This document shows positions 11,510-22,350 of a stretch of DNA of 64,000 nucleotides, one piece after another. The DNA is taken from positions 260,958-324,957 of the forward strand of contig CAVTPX010000007.1 of assembly GCA_963736735.1 (NCBI GenBank), given 5' to 3'. Position numbers and translations under genes: made by a program. The notes under the pieces were generated by a model that saw only the letters and a program-made list of their open reading frames with translations, did not search any database and was not told the origin of the DNA. The stretch is from an uncultured Bacteroidales bacterium. Lineage in GTDB: Bacteria; Bacteroidota; Bacteroidia; Bacteroidales; VadinHA17. The first letter of the stretch is position 1, and every line of letters starts with the position of its first letter.

Positions 11510-12906
11510 TGAGGCAATTATTTATTGTCATCTTAACGGTTTTGCTTTGCCTGGGGTGTGACCCTCTCCGAAATGCGGGTTACGGCCCTGTCAGCTTCTC
11601 TGCAGATACAGTCTATTTCGATACAGTTTTTTCTTCAATAGGCTCTGTGACGCGGGAGTTCAGGGCTATCAACAGGAGTAATGAACCACTCCTGATTGAC
11701 CATATTTATCTTGGGGGCGGATCAGGATCACCTTTCAGGCTGAATATCGACGGTGAGCCGGTCACCGCGAAGGACGGGGTTGTGCTTGCATCAGGAGACA
11801 GTATTTTTGTGTTTGTCGATGTAATAATTGATCCTTCCGGAGAGAATGCTCCCGTAGCAGTTACAGATTCAGTTGTCTTTGAGTCAGGAGGCACCACAAG
11901 GCGCGTAATTCTGGAAGCCTGGGGTCAGGATATCTGGCTTTTTAATAATGCCGTCACCGGCGATGCCCTCTGGACAGAAGGTAAACCTTATGTAGTCTAC
12001 GGTTCTCTTATGGTCGATACCGGAGCGACACTGACACTTGAAGCCGGAACCAGGGTATTCTTTCACAACAAGGCTTCGATGACTGTCGCCGGGTCATTAG
12101 TCGCTGACGGGAGCTACGGGAAACCGGTTTTAATGGCTTCAGACCGTACGGCAGAAGAATATATTGACGTGCCGGGACAATGGAAAGGTATTGAATTTCA
12201 GGATGTAAGTACTGGTAATCTACTTATGTACACTGAGATACGGAATGCAGTCATAGCTGTATCCATTATTTCAACTGATGACGGAATTCCGGATATGAAG
12301 ATTTCGGGATCGAAACTGATGCACAACTCGGTCAGCTCTTTGGTTGCGCGGGGAGCAGACATCGAATGTGTAAATTCACTGTTTGCCCATACAGGATTCA
12401 GTACTGTTTCATTATCAGGAGGTGGTTCCTGCGAATTTATCTTTTGCACCCTGGCAAACAGATGGGAGTATGGTTACAGGACTGAGCCGGTTCTCTACAC
12501 GGGTAAAGGTGAAAGCAAGCTTCCGGGCATAAGGATAATTAATTCGGTAATTACCGGAACACTGCCCGGGGAAATGGCAATAGATGCCACCGCAGAAGAA
12601 ATATTCGGAAAAATTTATGCTGACAGTTCAGTTATAAAGACTGACACCCTGACAAACGGGTGGTGGAACAGGAATCTGTTTGTAAGGGTTCAGACAAAAG
12701 CAGATCCGCGCTTCATTGATGAGGCGAACTGGGACTTCAGGCCTGACACACTTTCTCCGCTTGTTGACAGGGCAGGTAAGTCAGAGGCATTGATCCGGCC
12801 TTATGACATAAGGAACATGCCAAGACCGACGGGGGTAAGCCCTGACATAGGAGCATATGAGAGGCAGTTGGGGGAGAGACGAAGGCTAAAAGGTAGTAGG
12901 GAGTAG
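11509..12906 (+). CDS. putative lipoprotein with Ig-like N-domain and parallel beta-helix region
   Basis: The start ATG at 11509 overlaps the sprF stop (TGATG). MRQLFIVILTVLLCLGC is a lipoprotein signal with lipobox Cys. The protein ends near DIGAYERQ, and its last ~12 codons run into the tandem array at 12889. Confidence 0.6.
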   Translation: MRQLFIVILTVLLCLGCDPLRNAGYGPVSFSADTVYFDTVFSSIGSVTREFRAINRSNEPLLIDHIYLGGGSGSPFRLNIDGEPVTAKDGVVLASGDSIFVFVDVIIDPSGENAPVAVTDSVVFESGGTTRRVILEAWGQDIWLFNNAVTGDALWTEGKPYVVYGSLMVDTGATLTLEAGTRVFFHNKASMTVAGSLVADGSYGKPVLMASDRTAEEYIDVPGQWKGIEFQDVSTGNLLMYTEIRNAVIAVSIISTDDGIPDMKISGSKLMHNSVSSLVARGADIECVNSLFAHTGFSTVSLSGGGSCEFIFCTLANRWEYGYRTEPVLYTGKGESKLPGIRIINSVITGTLPGEMAIDATAEEIFGKIYADSSVIKTDTLTNGWWNRNLFVRVQTKADPRFIDEANWDFRPDTLSPLVDRAGKSEALIRPYDIRNMPRPTGVSPDIGAYERQLGERRRLKGSRE

Positions 12907-12967
12907 GGAGTAAGGAGCATGGGGCATGGAGAAGGAGCAAGGAGCATGGAGCAAAGAAATAGGGAGT
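12889..12967 (+). repeat. imperfect heptamer tandem array (GTAGGGA / GCATGGA type)
   Basis: Sequence reads gtaggga gtaggga gtaagga gcatggg gcatgga gaagga gcaagga gcatgga gcaaaga. It is purine-rich and starts with TAG/TAA in all three frames. Confidence 0.8.
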
Positions 12968-12974
12968 CTTTGAA

Positions 12975-13964
12975 ATGAGAGTGGTACTGATAATACTTCT
13001 GTTCATGAGTGCTGGCGCTCGACAGTCGACCGCGCAGGAGTTCACTGTTATGTTCTATAATACTGAGAACCTGTTTGACACTGTTGATGACACACTGACA
13101 GATGATGCTGAGTTTTTGCCCGCAGGTGATCGGAGATGGACCTACAACAGGTATTGGAAAAAAATAGATGCGTTGTCGCGGGTCATTGCTTCAGCCGGTG
13201 GATGGGAGACGCCATTTCTGGTCGGGCTGTGTGAAGTCGAGAACAGGAATGTTGTAATTGACCTTTGCAACAGGTCAGTACTGGCAAATGCAGGTTACAA
13301 TGTAACTCACCGTGACTCGCCTGACAGCAGGGGTATTGATCCTGCGCTGATGTACAGATCGCAGCATGTCAGGGTAATCGAAAGCAGAGCATGGACTCCT
13401 GTCATGGCGCCGGGGGAAGTTTTCGGCTCAAGGAATCTGCTATATGTCAAGACACTGATTCACGGAGACACCCTTCATCTGATTCTGTGCCACTGGCCCT
13501 CGAGGCGTGGTGGGACGCTGGCGGCAGAAAGACTGAGGGAGGCGATGGCATCATTGGTGATATCGAAGGTCGATTCTATTCAGGCTGTTGCGGGGGGAGG
13601 GGCCTCCGTTATTGTCACAGGCGACTTTAATGCGACGCCTTCCGAACCGGTAATGGTGAGGTTGGCGGAGGAGAGCGGGATGGCAAATCTTTCTGCCGCC
13701 ATGGCAAAAAATGAGAAAGGCTCCTACAGGTACAGGGGTCTGTGGGAGATGATTGACCAGGTACTTGTTTCAGAGATTATGACCACCGGGGAGGGAGCTT
13801 TTACCGCTTCGCCGCAGGATTTTAGTGTTTTCGATGCCTCATTCCTGCTTGAAGATGACCCTGATTACCCGGGTAAAAGACCCCTGGCAACATACCGGGC
13901 TTACAAATGGGAGGGAGGGTATTCCGATCATCTCCCGGTACTGGTCAGGATCAGTCATAAGTGA
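12975..13964 (+). CDS. endonuclease/exonuclease/phosphatase (EEP) family protein, secreted
   Basis: Has a signal peptide. EEP motifs are present: MFYNTENLFD, GLCEVEN, TGDFNATP and GYSDHLPV. Confidence 0.8.
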   Translation: MRVVLIILLFMSAGARQSTAQEFTVMFYNTENLFDTVDDTLTDDAEFLPAGDRRWTYNRYWKKIDALSRVIASAGGWETPFLVGLCEVENRNVVIDLCNRSVLANAGYNVTHRDSPDSRGIDPALMYRSQHVRVIESRAWTPVMAPGEVFGSRNLLYVKTLIHGDTLHLILCHWPSRRGGTLAAERLREAMASLVISKVDSIQAVAGGGASVIVTGDFNATPSEPVMVRLAEESGMANLSAAMAKNEKGSYRYRGLWEMIDQVLVSEIMTTGEGAFTASPQDFSVFDASFLLEDDPDYPGKRPLATYRAYKWEGGYSDHLPVLVRISHK

Positions 13965-14077
13965 GAGTTGGCACCAAAGAATCCGGTTTCAGAATTGCAT
14001 GAGATTTTCTTTTAACGGCTCACCGCCTGACGAGCTGAATTATGATACTCATTTTACGCCAGGCAGGATTCATGGAT

Positions 14078-15491
14078 TCACCGCCGGGTGAGACCCATAT
14101 CCTTTCCTTTGACAAGCATATAGTCCCATGCTGCTTCCCTTTCATTGGGTATGATGCCGTCAAGGATGGCCTCCTTGATTGCTGTTTTGATTGTGCCAAC
14201 CGCAGGGCCCGGGGGTATCCCGAAAGCTTCGATTATCTCATCGCCATGTATCGGCGGCTGGAAAGTGCGGAGGGCGTCTTTCTCCTCTATCTCTTTCAGT
14301 TTTCTTCTTACAAGGGCGAAGTTGTCCTTATGCTTCTTCACCTTCATCCTGTTGCCGGAGGTGATGTCAGCCTCGCAAAGCAGCATAAGATCGTCGATAT
14401 CTTCACCGGCCTCGAAGAGAAGCCTCCTTACGGCCGAATCGGTAACCTCATCCTGCACGAGCGCAATAGGACGAAGGTGAAGCCCCACAAGTTTCTGGAC
14501 ATACTTCATCTTTTCATTCAGGGGCAGCTTCAGCCGGGCAAAAATATCCGGCACCATCCGGGCCCCGAGAAACTCATGCCCGTGGAATGTCCATCCTGAA
14601 CCTTCGACGAACTTTTTAGTGGCCGGTTTGGCGATATCGTGAAGCAGGGCTGTCCATCGCAACCAGAGATTATCTGTTTTGGCAGCCATATTGTCAAGTA
14701 CCTTGAGAGTGTGATGAAAGTTGTCCTTGTGACCCTTGCCATCCTTGTCCTCCACCCCCTTGAGCTTTTCAAGTTCGGGAAATACCTGTTTCAGGAGTCC
14801 GGTTGCGTCAAGCAGGAGGAACCCCGTCGATGGGGTGTCTGTAGCGAGAATCTTATTCAGTTCCACAGATATCCTTTCGGCAGATACAATCCTGATCCTT
14901 TCAGCATTCCTTGTAATCGATTCCAGTGTTTCACCGGCAATAGTAAATCCGAGCTGCGATGCGAAGCGCACTGCCCTCATCATCCGGAGAGGGTCATCGC
15001 TGAAGGTGGTGTCAGGCTCCAGGGGGGTGCGCAGGATGCCGTCTTTAATGTCAGTGAGTCCACCGAAAGGATCAAGCACCTCGCCGAAATTGTGCCTGTT
15101 AAGGCTGATAGCCAGGGCATTGATTGTAAAATCACGACGGTTCTGGTCATCCTCAAGAGTCCCGGGAGAGACCTCCGGATTGCGGGAATTACTCTGATAT
15201 GATTCTTTTCTTGCACCTACAAACTCGATGTCGTAATTTTCAAAACGGAACATTGCGGTGCCGTAGGTTTTGATATACTGTTACGCTGATGCCGGGATTA
15301 ATCGATTTTGCGACCGCCCTTGCGATTGCCACCCCGTCGCCCAGAACAACTATATCTATATCCTTGTCGGGATTATCCCTGCCCATTATGTGATCGCGGA
15401 CAAATCCGCCTATGACGTATGCCTCCGCCTTCTCCTTCTCTGCCACCGAGGCTACGATACCGAAAATCCGGTCATTCAAAGATATGTTCAT
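14078..15491 (-). pseudogene. CCA-adding tRNA nucleotidyltransferase / poly(A) polymerase family protein with HD domain, one frameshift
   Basis: Fragments are 15240..15491 (GGFVRD, DIDIVV) and 14078..15253 ([10 protein letters not shown] region HHTLKV...HDIAKP). Deleting one base near 15266 restores [29 protein letters not shown]. Confidence 0.8.
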
Positions 15492-15643
15492 ATATTAATA
15501 TGACAATTTATCCGCATTCCGTGACAAAATTACAATTAATAGCGTAAATTAGGCTGAAACAGGTCATAATCGCCGGTTGGCATGTCAATTGTATTTTGTT
15601 AAACAATTAATTTATTATCCTGTTAATCAATAAAAATCAGATA

Positions 15644-16006
15644 ATGGCAGAACATTTGACAAAAGAAAGCTTCCAGGAGAAGGTATTTAATTATGAACAG
15701 AACAAGGAATGGAAATATGAAGGTACATTGCCTTGTATAATAGATTTTTATGCAGACTGGTGCGGTCCATGCAAGATGGTGGCGCCGATAATCGAAGAGC
15801 TTTCAAAAGAGTACGAAGGCAAACTGAATGTGTATAAAGTAGATACGGAAGCAGAGCAGGAGCTTGCTTCTGTATTCGGAATACGCAGTATACCGTCATT
15901 GCTGTTTGTACCCCTCGAAGGGCAGCCTCAGATGGCAATGGGTGCCTTGCCCAAGGAGGCTTTTGAAAAAGCTTTCAAGGATATATTCGGAATAGATAAA
16001 AACTAA
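15644..16006 (+). CDS. thioredoxin
   Basis: 120 aa with the active site DFYADWCGPCKM and a thioredoxin-fold C-terminal half. Confidence 0.85.
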   Translation: MAEHLTKESFQEKVFNYEQNKEWKYEGTLPCIIDFYADWCGPCKMVAPIIEELSKEYEGKLNVYKVDTEAEQELASVFGIRSIPSLLFVPLEGQPQMAMGALPKEAFEKAFKDIFGIDKN

Positions 16007-16138
16007 TAGTTGATAAAATTTCAAAGAAAATTTGCATTTTCATGCAACAATTTCATATCTATGTACGTTTAAGTTAACGAAGGTAGTTTTCTAACAGAAG
16101 AGTTAGTTTTCTGGAATTTTAGGTTAGGGTTTCAAGTC

Positions 16139-16166
16139 AGAGGTTGTTTCGCCAGAAACAACCTCT
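16139..16166. terminator. bidirectional intrinsic terminator between trx and xseB
   Basis: Perfect 12-bp stem (agaggttgtttc / gaaacaacctct) with loop gcca, followed by cttgtttt. Confidence 0.7.
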
Positions 16167-16175
16167 CTTGTTTTA

Positions 16176-16373
16176 TCACTTCAGTTCCTTCAGAATGCCG
16201 TCAATCTTCTCCTCTGTCTCCCGGAGCTTTATTCTGCAAATCTTTATAAGTTCAGCAGCCTTTTTAACATTGGCGGAAAGCTGGTCGATATCCGGCTCTC
16301 CCTCCTCTATATTTCTCAGGATTTCTTCGATACTTTTTACAGCTTCATTAAACCCGATCTCTTTTTTTGCCAT
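16176..16373 (-). CDS. xseB: exodeoxyribonuclease VII small subunit
   Basis: 65-aa helical protein (FNEAVKSIEEILRNIEEGEPDIDQL...) located immediately 3' of xseA. Confidence 0.85.
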   Translation of the reverse strand: MAKKEIGFNEAVKSIEEILRNIEEGEPDIDQLSANVKKAAELIKICRIKLRETEEKIDGILKELK

Positions 16374-16379
16374 GGCTTA

Positions 16380-17637
16380 TTATTTTTGCTTTTTGTTTTC
16401 ACCTACAATACTTACGGCCCTGCTGTTTTCAAAATGGGTCATAATCTCATCACCTTCAGAGAGTTCTGATGCTGAGCGTACTATCTTTCCTGCCCTTGTA
16501 GTCATTGTAAATCCCCGGCGCAGCACATTTTCTGGTCCCAGGTGTCGAAGGGTTTCTGCCATTCTGTCTGTCAGTTCCAGGCTTTTACGAAGGGTGGCAC
16601 CGGCAATCCGTTCCACCATTCCTGTCGAATATCCCAGCAGTTCTCTCTTTGACCCTTACTACAAGTCGGGCCGAGCCTGCGATATGACTCTGCATTGACT
16701 GCAGATGTTCTTCGTTTCCGGCCATTATTCCGGTGGCTGCTGAGGCAATACGGGACGCAAGATCGTTTACCAGACTTTCTGCCTCGAGGGTCTCAGAAAC
16801 AAGAAAATCAGCAACTGCAGTGGGTGTTTTCAGGGCTTTCCATGCTACCATGTCAGCCACGGAATAATCCTTCTGGTGGCCGATACCTGTGAGCAGGGGC
16901 AGGGGGAATTGGGTGATATGGAATGCTATCCCATAGCTGTCGAACCAGCTTAGGTCTGTTACCGATCCGCCGCCACGGATTAATGCAACTGCATCATATT
17001 CATCCGCGGCTTCGGCTATTCTGTTCAGCGCATCAATTACAGAGCTCTCTGTGCTTTCTCCCTGCATAACGGCATCGAACAGGGTTGTCACAAATACAAA
17101 GCCATGGCTGTTATTATGAAGATGCTTCAGGAAATCGTCATACCCGGCTGCCCCACTGGATGAGATGACTGCTATTTTTCTCGGGTAGGGAGCCAGGCTG
17201 AGTTCCTGGTTCATACTTATAACACCTTCCTGTTTCAGACGCCTGATTATTGCCTCGCGTTTCAGTGCCTGTTCTCCTGCAGTATATGAAGCATCGATGT
17301 CGGCAATGTTGAGGCTGAGTCCGTAAAGTTCATGGTAATCGACAGTAGCTTTCAGGAGAATAGTCATGCCAGGTGCCAGTTTTATGCCTGTAACTGATTC
17401 GAAAACTGCATTTATTGTGCGAAACCTGGCAGCCCACACTGTTGCCCTGGCGCGCGATGTGACCTTGCCGCCCGGCGTATCGCAACCTGTAAGCTCAAGG
17501 TAGCAATGGCCCGAGCTGTTCACCTTCATCTCGGCAATCTCGGCGATGACCCAGTAAAACCCGGGCAGCGCCTCATACAGCTTGTCACGGATAACGCGCT
17601 GCAGTTCTGACAGCGTCACCTTTTCCGATTCCTTCAC
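16380..17637 (-). pseudogene. xseA: exodeoxyribonuclease VII large subunit, one frameshift
   Basis: Fragments are 16585..17637 (OB-fold N-terminus, catalytic region IRGGGSVTDLSWFD) and 16380..16619 (C-terminal tail). The frames differ by one base. I place the junction between 16585 and 16660 but could not resolve it further. Confidence 0.85.
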
Positions 17638-19285
17638 TGCCTGTGTTTTATCATTTTGAAGACCTTCTCACCGGTGGCGGTCTCCACCTTCACAAGGTAC
17701 ACACCACGGGCGGCTGACGAGAGACCTCTAAGTACAAGGGATTTGCCGATGTAGGTTTCATAAACCGTTTTCAGTACTGTTTTGCCTGCATAATCTGTGA
17801 CAGTTACTGATAGCCTCTCCGGAACATCACGGAACCAGATGTTTATTTCGTCAACGAACGGGTTTGGTCCTGCGGTAACTGTCACCTCAGGTATGAAGGC
17901 ATGAATCTCATCAAGTATGCGCAGCGCTTTGACAAAATCGGGAAGCCCGTAACCGTAAAGAGAGTCAGGGTTGTTCACCATGTTGCTGCTTTCCCGTACT
18001 GCATTTCTGATATCTTCTGCTGTGGCGCCCGGTGTGGCCTGCATCAGGGCGGCACACATGCCGCTGATTACAGGGCAGGAGAAGGAGGTGCCGCTTCCGG
18101 CCACCCATTGACCGTAGGAGTACTGTACCGGGATGCTCACGCCGGGCGCCACCACATCTGGTTTTACGCGTCCGTCAGCGGAGAAACCCGAAGAGGAGAA
18201 ATCAGATATCCTGAGGTCTTGTTTTACAGCCCCTATGCTCAGTACACTGTCGCCGTCAGACGGGAACAGCAAACGCTGCCACTCTTTATTTCTTTCATTG
18301 CCGGCGCTGGATACAACAAGCAAGCCTTTGGAGGCGGCCATGTCGGCAGCAACCGTAATGAATGCAGTATTTCCATCTGTATTGCTGAATGAATAGTTCA
18401 TCGCCGGATCATCAAACCAGTAATACCCAAGTGAGGAAGTTATTATGTCAGCGCCGGCACTGTCAGCATACTCGGCTGCCGCCACCCAGTAATCCTCTTC
18501 GACCGGAAACTCTGATTCGTCGTCTTCAGTCCGGAGAAGCATGTAGTCGGCTCCCTGTGCAGTGCCGGTTATTATATTCGCCAGTGATCCCGCCAGTATC
18601 GACAGCACAGCCGTACCGTGCCCGTGAAAGCCGTAAACGAAGTCACCGTTTCCGACAAAGTCACGGGTACTGACAATACCCTTCCGGGTCCTCAGCGGTT
18701 CAAGTGACTCGATGATGTCTGCATAGAGGAATCCCGCATCAAGAACCGCGATCGTAATGCCCTTGCCATTATAACCAGAGAGCAACAGCGGCATGCCGTT
18801 TACCGGACCTATGGGTCTGAAGACACCTGTGGGGGCGATATCCTCAGTATTTCCGAACTTATCACCGATAGCAGAGGCCTTTCCAACCGGAGATTTTACC
18901 AGGACCACCTTCCTGACAAACGGCAGGACAGTTATTTTGTCAGTATCGAAAGGTGATTCAGAAGTGAAGAGGGCTGTGTTCATCCATTTTGACGAGAGAC
19001 GCCAGGTGAGACCTTGCTGTTTCACTGCCTCGATGTATTCAGTGTTGACAGGCAGGTCAGTGAAGACAGGTACTCCGGCTCCGCATTTCTCCCTTCGTTC
19101 TTTCGATTGCCAGAGAGAAAGAAGGTTTGAGGGTGATAGTCAGAAACGACTGCATCTCCCTTGTCTGAAAAATAGACTCTGTAAAAATAATTTTCCGGGC
19201 CGGCAGCATAAGACAGAGCCGTGTTGCCAAAGCTGACAAAGGAAAGAAAGAATAAAATAGTTATGACTAAAGGTCTGCTAATCAT
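17634..19285 (-). pseudogene. S8 (subtilisin) family peptidase with T9SS type A sorting domain, two close frameshifts in the propeptide region
   Basis: Fragments are 19022..19285 (signal peptide and YRVYFSDKG propeptide) and 17634..19025. The catalytic triad contexts are VLDAGF, HGHGTAV and GTSFSCP. The C-terminus reads GVYLVKVETATGEKVFKMIK. A third frame reading AIER bridges the fragments around 19085-19125. Confidence 0.8.
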
Positions 19286-20055
19286 TTTATTATGTTTCCG
19301 GTCAAGTCTGGAATAGTGATCTTGCCCTTGTTTCTTTCAAGGTCGTCAAGGAACTTTGTTTCCCTGTCTGCCTCAGCAGGGTCTGCAAGTTTCCCTTCCC
19401 TGTATTTCATTATTCGTTTTACTGTTCCGTTCTCATTTAGAACTATCCAATCGCCTTCGCGCATGTCAGCCTTGTATTTTCCGTCATACTGCAGCTTGCC
19501 GTCGGGGTAGTAGAATGAAAACGGACCGTTCAGTTTACCCCCGATATATTCAGCCCTGAGGCATATTTTTCCGTCAGGGTAATACTGGAGCCAGGCTCCT
19601 GTTTTCATTCCGTTGTCAAAGGCAAGTTTCTCGGCAAGGGTCCCATCAGGATAATATTTGTATGAAAGTCCGTGCTTCAGGTCTCCATAATACTCTTCTT
19701 CACTAACAAGAAATCCGGTTTCCGAATAAAATTTCCAGAGCCCCTCTTTTTTCTGGGAAACATAAGCGCCTTCTGCTGATTTTTTACCTTCAGGATAATA
19801 GAAGACTGCAGTTATCTTCTCTTCCTTTTCGGGGTAGGTCAGTTCTGAGGAGAGGGTGCCGTCTTCGCGGTACCTTTTAAATGTGCCGGTGGGTTTATCA
19901 TTTTTGAAAGTCCCCTCATACATGACCTTTCCGTTGGGATGATTTTTCACCCAGTAGCCCTGTTTCCTGCCCTCTGCATCTGTAATATTCTGCGAGGTGG
20001 CAGTGAGAGTGATAATGATAAGCAGTGCAGTAAATGCAAACCTGTAGGACATCAT
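19282..20055 (-). CDS. MORN-variant repeat protein (YwqK family), secreted
   Basis: Has a signal peptide followed by repeated G-x-W-x-x-Y-Y-P-(D/N)-G units (GYWVKNHPNGKVMYEGTFKNDKPTG, and so on). Confidence 0.7.
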   Translation of the reverse strand: MMSYRFAFTALLIIITLTATSQNITDAEGRKQGYWVKNHPNGKVMYEGTFKNDKPTGTFKRYREDGTLSSELTYPEKEEKITAVFYYPEGKKSAEGAYVSQKKEGLWKFYSETGFLVSEEEYYGDLKHGLSYKYYPDGTLAEKLAFDNGMKTGAWLQYYPDGKICLRAEYIGGKLNGPFSFYYPDGKLQYDGKYKADMREGDWIVLNENGTVKRIMKYREGKLADPAEADRETKFLDDLERNKGKITIPDLTGNIIK

Positions 20056-20081
20056 AATTTATTTGAGGTAAAGATAATAAA

Positions 20082-20120
20082 AAGGAGCAATGGCATGGAG
20101 TATGGGGCATGGGGCATGGG
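20082..20120 (+). repeat. heptamer tandem array (ATGGGGC type), related to 12889..12967
   Basis: Sequence is aaggagc aatggc atggagt atggggc atggggc atggg. It shares the GGAGCA/GCATGG words with the array at 12889. Confidence 0.75.
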
Positions 20121-20122
20121 AT

Positions 20123-20153
20123 CAAAAAAAACCGCCTCATTTTCATGAGACGG
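20123..20153 (-). terminator. dnaK intrinsic terminator
   Basis: The minus strand reads ccgtctcat-gaaa-atgaggcgg followed by tttttttt, and starts 22 nt after the dnaK stop. Confidence 0.65.
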
Positions 20154-20175
20154 CCTGTCATTGCTTCTGTTATGT

Positions 20176-22116
20176 TTACTTAACCTCTTCGAAATCAACG
20201 TCTGTTACCTGTTCGTCGCCGCCTGGCTGTTTTCCGCCTGCGTTTCCGCCTTCGTTTTCACCTGCGGGGCCTCCCTGCTGGCCTCCCTGAGGTCCTGCCT
20301 GCTGGCCGGCTCCCTGTGAGGCTTTGTACATATCTTCGGAGGCTGCCTGCCATGCTGCATTGATCTCGGCAAGAGTGCTGTCAATTGCCACCACATCCTG
20401 ACTCTTCTGTGCGTCACGCAGGGCAGTGAGTGCATTTTCTATGCGTCCCTTCTTGTCTGCCGGGATCTTGTCGCCAAACTCTTTAAGCTGCTTCTCAGTC
20501 TGGAAGATCATGCTGTCGGCAGCATTGACCTTGTCAGCTTTTTCCCTTGCTGCCTTGTCGGAGCTTTCGTTTGCCTTGGCCTCTTCGCGCATTCTGCGGA
20601 TATCCTCGTCACTCAACCCTGATGATGCCTCTATGCGTATACGCTGTTCCTTGCCAGTGCCCTTATCCTTTGCGGAAACGTTGAGGATACCGTTTGCATC
20701 GATGTCGAAAGTGACCTCGATCTGCGGAATTCCTCTCGGAGCCGGCGGAATCCCGTCGAGATGGAACCTTCCGATTGTCTTGTTTCCATTTGCCATTGGC
20801 CTCTCGCCCTGCAGAACGTGTATCTCCACTGATGGCTGGCTGTCGCTGGCTGTGGTGAAGGTCTCGGTCTTGCGGGTAGGGATAGTCGTATTTGATTCGA
20901 TGAGCCTTGTCATTACGCCACCCATTGTCTCAATACCCAGTGAGAGAGGAGTTACGTCAAGCAGGAGGACATCCTTGACCTCACCGGTCAGAACGCCACC
21001 CTGAATTGCAGCACCAACGGCCACAACCTCATCCGGATTTACTCCTTTTGAAGGTGTTCTGCCGAAGAACTTCTCGACAAGCTGCTGTATAGCGGGAATA
21101 CGTGTGGATCCGCCGACGAGGAGAACCTCGTCAATATCTGATGTCTTGAGACCAGCGTCGTCAAGTGCCTTCTGACACGGTCCTATGACCGAGTTGATGA
21201 GCTTGTCAGTGAGTTTCTCAAACTGAGCCCTTGAGAGATTTTTGACAAGGTGTTTGGGAATTCCGTTTACAGGCATTATGTACGGCAGGTTGATCTCAGA
21301 GTTCGATGAACTTGAAAGCTCGATCTTTGCTTTTTCAGCGGCCTCCTTGAGTCTCTGCAGAGCCATGGGGTCCTTGCGAAGGTCGATGCCTTCATCTTTC
21401 AGGAACTCTTCAGCAAGCCAGTCTATGACAAGGTTGTCAAAGTCGTCACCGCCAAGATGAGTGTCACCGTTGGTGGACTTAACCTCGAATACTCCGTCGC
21501 CTAGTTCAAGGATTGAAATATCGAAGGTACCTCCGCCAAGGTCGAAGACAGCAATCTTAAGATCCTGTGATTTCTTATCGAGACCGTAGGCGAGCGATGC
21601 TGCAGTAGGCTCGTTGATGATTCTCCTGACTTTCAGCCCTGCTATCTCGCCGGCTTCTTTTGTTGCCTGCCTTTGTGCATCATTGAAATATGCCGGTACT
21701 GTAATGACTGCTTCGGTAACTTCCTGGCCAAGATAATCCTCCGCCGTTTTCTTCATTTTCTGAAGCACAATTGCAGAGATTTCCTGGGGTGAGTAGTTAC
21801 GGTCATCAATCCTGACCCTCGGAGTGTTGTTGTCACCCCTGATAAGATGGTAGGTCAGTTTCTTCATCTCGTTCAACACTTCGTCATAGCTTCTGCCCAT
21901 GAAGCGCTTTATGGATGAGACCGTCTTGGTGGGGTTGGTTATAGCCTGACGTTTTGCAGGGTCGCCCACTTTGCGTTCACCGTTCTCAAGAAATGCAACC
22001 ACTGACGGGGTGGTCCTTTTGCCTTCGCTGTTCGGGATCACAACAGGCTCATTGCCTTCCATCACTGAAACGCAGGAGTTTGTTGTTCCCAGGTCAATAC
22101 CGATAATTTTTCCCAT
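20176..22116 (-). CDS. dnaK: molecular chaperone DnaK (Hsp70)
   Basis: 646 aa starting [21 protein letters not shown], with the canonical Hsp70 motifs throughout. Confidence 0.98.
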   Translation of the reverse strand: MGKIIGIDLGTTNSCVSVMEGNEPVVIPNSEGKRTTPSVVAFLENGERKVGDPAKRQAITNPTKTVSSIKRFMGRSYDEVLNEMKKLTYHLIRGDNNTPRVRIDDRNYSPQEISAIVLQKMKKTAEDYLGQEVTEAVITVPAYFNDAQRQATKEAGEIAGLKVRRIINEPTAASLAYGLDKKSQDLKIAVFDLGGGTFDISILELGDGVFEVKSTNGDTHLGGDDFDNLVIDWLAEEFLKDEGIDLRKDPMALQRLKEAAEKAKIELSSSSNSEINLPYIMPVNGIPKHLVKNLSRAQFEKLTDKLINSVIGPCQKALDDAGLKTSDIDEVLLVGGSTRIPAIQQLVEKFFGRTPSKGVNPDEVVAVGAAIQGGVLTGEVKDVLLLDVTPLSLGIETMGGVMTRLIESNTTIPTRKTETFTTASDSQPSVEIHVLQGERPMANGNKTIGRFHLDGIPPAPRGIPQIEVTFDIDANGILNVSAKDKGTGKEQRIRIEASSGLSDEDIRRMREEAKANESSDKAAREKADKVNAADSMIFQTEKQLKEFGDKIPADKKGRIENALTALRDAQKSQDVVAIDSTLAEINAAWQAASEDMYKASQGAGQQAGPQGGQQGGPAGENEGGNAGGKQPGGDEQVTDVDFEEVK

Positions 22117-22350
22117 TTTATTGTATTTAAATCTTTAAACTCTTTTGTGATATCAGAGTTGTTTTCAATGTTTGTGCCACAGCACTCCGGCCCCTTTTGA
22201 TATGCAATTCTGTCATGATAACCGGTCTCTGGCATTGATAATCGATTTTCCTCCTATGACAAAACGGCAGATTTTATCCAAAAAGTTGCCATTCACCCAT
22301 TATCATTTTCTTATTTTGTAGCTTTGTACCCGATTATAAAAAAAGAGGCC

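Noticed and set aside
14042-15202. ORFs of 185, 111, 187 and 153 aa on the plus strand, opposite the CCA-enzyme gene.
   Set aside because: The minus strand encodes the conserved nucleotidyltransferase/HD protein along the whole interval. The plus-strand translations are low-complexity and unrecognisable.
16144-16698. 184-aa plus-strand ORF overlapping xseB and the 3' end of xseA.
   Set aside because: It is antisense to two well-supported genes. The Ser/Phe/Leu-rich translation is typical of a shadow frame.
20426-21004. 192-aa plus-strand ORF inside dnaK.
   Set aside because: It is antisense to dnaK. No independent support exists.
22164-22179. The sigma-54-like TGGCAC-aaaca-TTGAA (minus strand) upstream of dnaK.
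   Set aside because: The -12 GC is missing (GA instead), and dnaK is not an expected RpoN target. This is probably a chance match. It is recorded because it resembles the TolC candidate.
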